This document shows positions 63,822-64,000 of a stretch of DNA of 64,000 nt, one piece after another (position 1 is the first letter of the stretch; every line of letters begins with the position of its first letter). The position numbers and the translations under genes were made by a program. Origin of the DNA: a bacterium. Lineage in GTDB: Bacteria > SM23-31. The stretch is from the NCBI GenBank assembly GCA_965249485.1, contig OZ252239.1, forward strand, positions 1,952,001 to 2,016,000, written 5' to 3'. The notes under the pieces are model-generated. The model saw only the letters and a program-made list of their open reading frames with translations. It was not told where the DNA came from and did no database searches.

Positions 63822-64000
63822 TAGCGAATGAGACGAATCTCACGTGGTGGTGGAGCGAAATATTCTACTCCTCTTTCGGTGACAATTGCACCGTCATGAA
63901 GTCCGATATGTAAATATTTTCCTTCACCCCATTCCGGCATCGGCATATACACAAAGAATTCAAAGTAAAAGTGGTGATTAAGCGGGATTTTCATATCTCG
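63821..64000 (-). CDS. C-terminus of an M24 (Xaa-Pro)-like peptidase, partial
   Basis: Hand translation RDMKIPLNHHFYFEFFVYMPMPEWGEGKYLHIGLHDGAIVTERGVEYFAPPPREIRLIR*. Confidence 0.55.
   Translation of the reverse strand, partial: RDMKIPLNHHFYFEFFVYMPMPEWGEGKYLHIGLHDGAIVTERGVEYFAPPPREIRLIR

Noticed and set aside
1..64000. CRISPR array, rRNA, IS transposase or integrase
   Set aside because: No regularly spaced repeats, rRNA-like sequence or DDE/tyrosine recombinase motifs were seen.

Overview
64 kb of a moderately AT-rich diderm bacterial chromosome. Gene content (TonB receptor, DUF5916 barrels, DUF3098, DUF3467, secreted M28 peptidases) loosely suggests an FCB-superphylum lineage such as KSB1; this is inference only. 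Contents: a pentose-utilisation cluster (GH3, xylose isomerase-like, xylulokinase), tRNA-Ser(GCT), peptidoglycan-recycling genes (nagZ-like, BadF-type kinase, anmK), an ECF sigma/anti-sigma pair, ClC channel, redoxins, oxidoreductases, an ABC exporter, three tandem secreted M28 peptidases, a serpin, and a Ni/Co transporter. Four things stand out. (1) Pervasive gene decay: about ten genes, including rarA and rsmE, carry in-frame stops, frameshifts or internal deletions. (2) An orphan integron cassette with a clear attC site and no integrase in the window. (3) A divergent locus of exported proteins: two amidohydrolases, a DUF5916 outer-membrane protein and an M28 homolog with a rewired active site. 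(4) An AT-rich integrative-element remnant carrying a paralogous membrane-anchored family, a dead excisionase and a tRNA-like att scar. All product calls are motif recognition by eye, with no database searches.
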